DNA from: Spirochaetales bacterium | Lineage (GTDB): Bacteria > Spirochaetota > Spirochaetia > DSM-2461 | Assembly (NCBI GenBank): GCA_016936115.1 | Contig: JAFGPQ010000037.1 | Span: 3,897 to 67,896, forward strand | Length of the DNA: 64,000 bases | Direction of reading: 5' to 3' | Part shown: positions 63,460 to 64,000 of the stretch, piece by piece | How the letters are laid out: the number at the start of each line of letters is the position of its first letter | Position numbering within the stretch: position 1 is the stretch's first letter | The notes under the pieces: model-generated | The model's input: only the letters and a program-made list of their open reading frames with translations | Databases searched by the model: none | What the model was told of the DNA's origin: nothing | Position numbers and translations under genes: made by a program

Positions 63460-64000
63460 TCACTCCTTAAGCTTAAAGGCAACCTTCAGGTCGTCTATCA
63501 GCTCATCCTCCATGACGCGTACCTTGCCCAGCTGATAGGCGCCCAGAACGGCCTCGGCGGTATAGTCGGCCACTTCCAGACGGTCGAATGCCTTGAGCAG
63601 GGAGTCGGCGGTCACGATGAAGCCGTTGTTCTGAATCATCAGCAGGGGATTCGCCTCGGTCAGCCTTTCGACGACCAGCTCGTGATCGTTAACGGGCGCC
63701 TCGAAGGGGAGGGTCTGCAGATCCCGCATGAGAATATAGGCTTCTGGAATGATACGCGAGTCCAGCAGAGTCTCCGAAACATTGAAAGCCATCAGGTTAG
63801 CCGAATGGGCGATAATGATGGCGTTGATTTCGGGACGGCGGCGGAAAATGGCCCGATGCAGCAGAACGGAACGGCTGGGCAGCTTGCCCGCTTCCCTCTT
63901 CCCTTCCTTAACTAGAACAATGTCCCGGGGCTCCATGTATTTGCGGTCGAAACCGTAGGGGGTGATGAGAAACTCGTCCTCCCCCACCCGCACCGCAAAG
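63460..64000 (-). CDS. class II aldolase/adducin-family protein (partial; N-terminus beyond the window end)
   Basis: FAVRVGEDEFLITPYG and AIIIAHSANLMAF match the class II aldolase core. The reading frame is open to position 64000. Confidence 0.78.
   Translation of the reverse strand, partial: FAVRVGEDEFLITPYGFDRKYMEPRDIVLVKEGKREAGKLPSRSVLLHRAIFRRRPEINAIIIAHSANLMAFNVSETLLDSRIIPEAYILMRDLQTLPFEAPVNDHELVVERLTEANPLLMIQNNGFIVTADSLLKAFDRLEVADYTAEAVLGAYQLGKVRVMEDELIDDLKVAFKLKE

Noticed and set aside
1-64000. Looked for CRISPR arrays, tRNA/rRNA genes, transposases, integrases, phage or toxin-antitoxin modules, and long direct or inverted repeats marking an island.
   Set aside because: - None was found.
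- Intergenic regions are all about 200 bp or shorter.
- The only exact repeats are the 15-bp tandem at metA and the 13-14-bp palindrome copies.
- Genes with lower GC by eye (for example 1691-3192, 5328-6864, 8577-9212, 28102-28755) are not flanked by any mobility signature.

Overview
A densely packed 64-kb chromosomal segment, moderately GC-rich by eye, with about 62 protein-coding genes, mostly on the minus strand. I recognised no rRNA, tRNA, CRISPR array, transposase, integrase or phage gene, so it reads as core chromosome rather than a mobile island. The lineage cannot be fixed from this window; the gene content fits a saccharolytic, probably anaerobic, free-living bacterium.

Gene content:
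- Housekeeping metabolism: purA, monomeric icd, asd, metA, deoD, amtB-glnK, ppk2 and an alkaline phosphatase.
- An nqrBCDEF-like membrane redox operon with no nqrA.
- Two CUT2 sugar ABC transporters, one mglBAC-like and one rbsBAC-like.
- Several MFS/MATE exporters paired with MarR, TetR or MerR regulators.
- Dense signalling: five histidine kinases, three response regulators and one MCP. Three of the kinase systems are coupled to periplasmic solute-binding proteins.

I did not find an obvious defence or mobile system. The observations most worth follow-up are:
1. The NqrA-less, Rnf-sized Nqr cluster and the unknown 152-aa ORF that follows it.
2. Sigma70-type -35/-10 pairs that recur with the -10 box only 5-9 nt from a start codon that has no Shine-Dalgarno (SD) ribosome-binding sequence. 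This suggests many leaderless mRNAs.
3. A near-identical 14-bp palindrome on both sides of a kinase-regulator-binding-protein operon and upstream of the rbs-like transporter.
4. A DUF1667-like cysteine motif fused to an APH-type kinase.
5. An operon of membrane protein, XRE regulator, UPF0489-like protein and a two-component system.
6. Orphan intrinsic terminators in the purA and deoD leaders.

All functional calls come from reading the translated ORFs and DNA motifs by eye. No database search was run.
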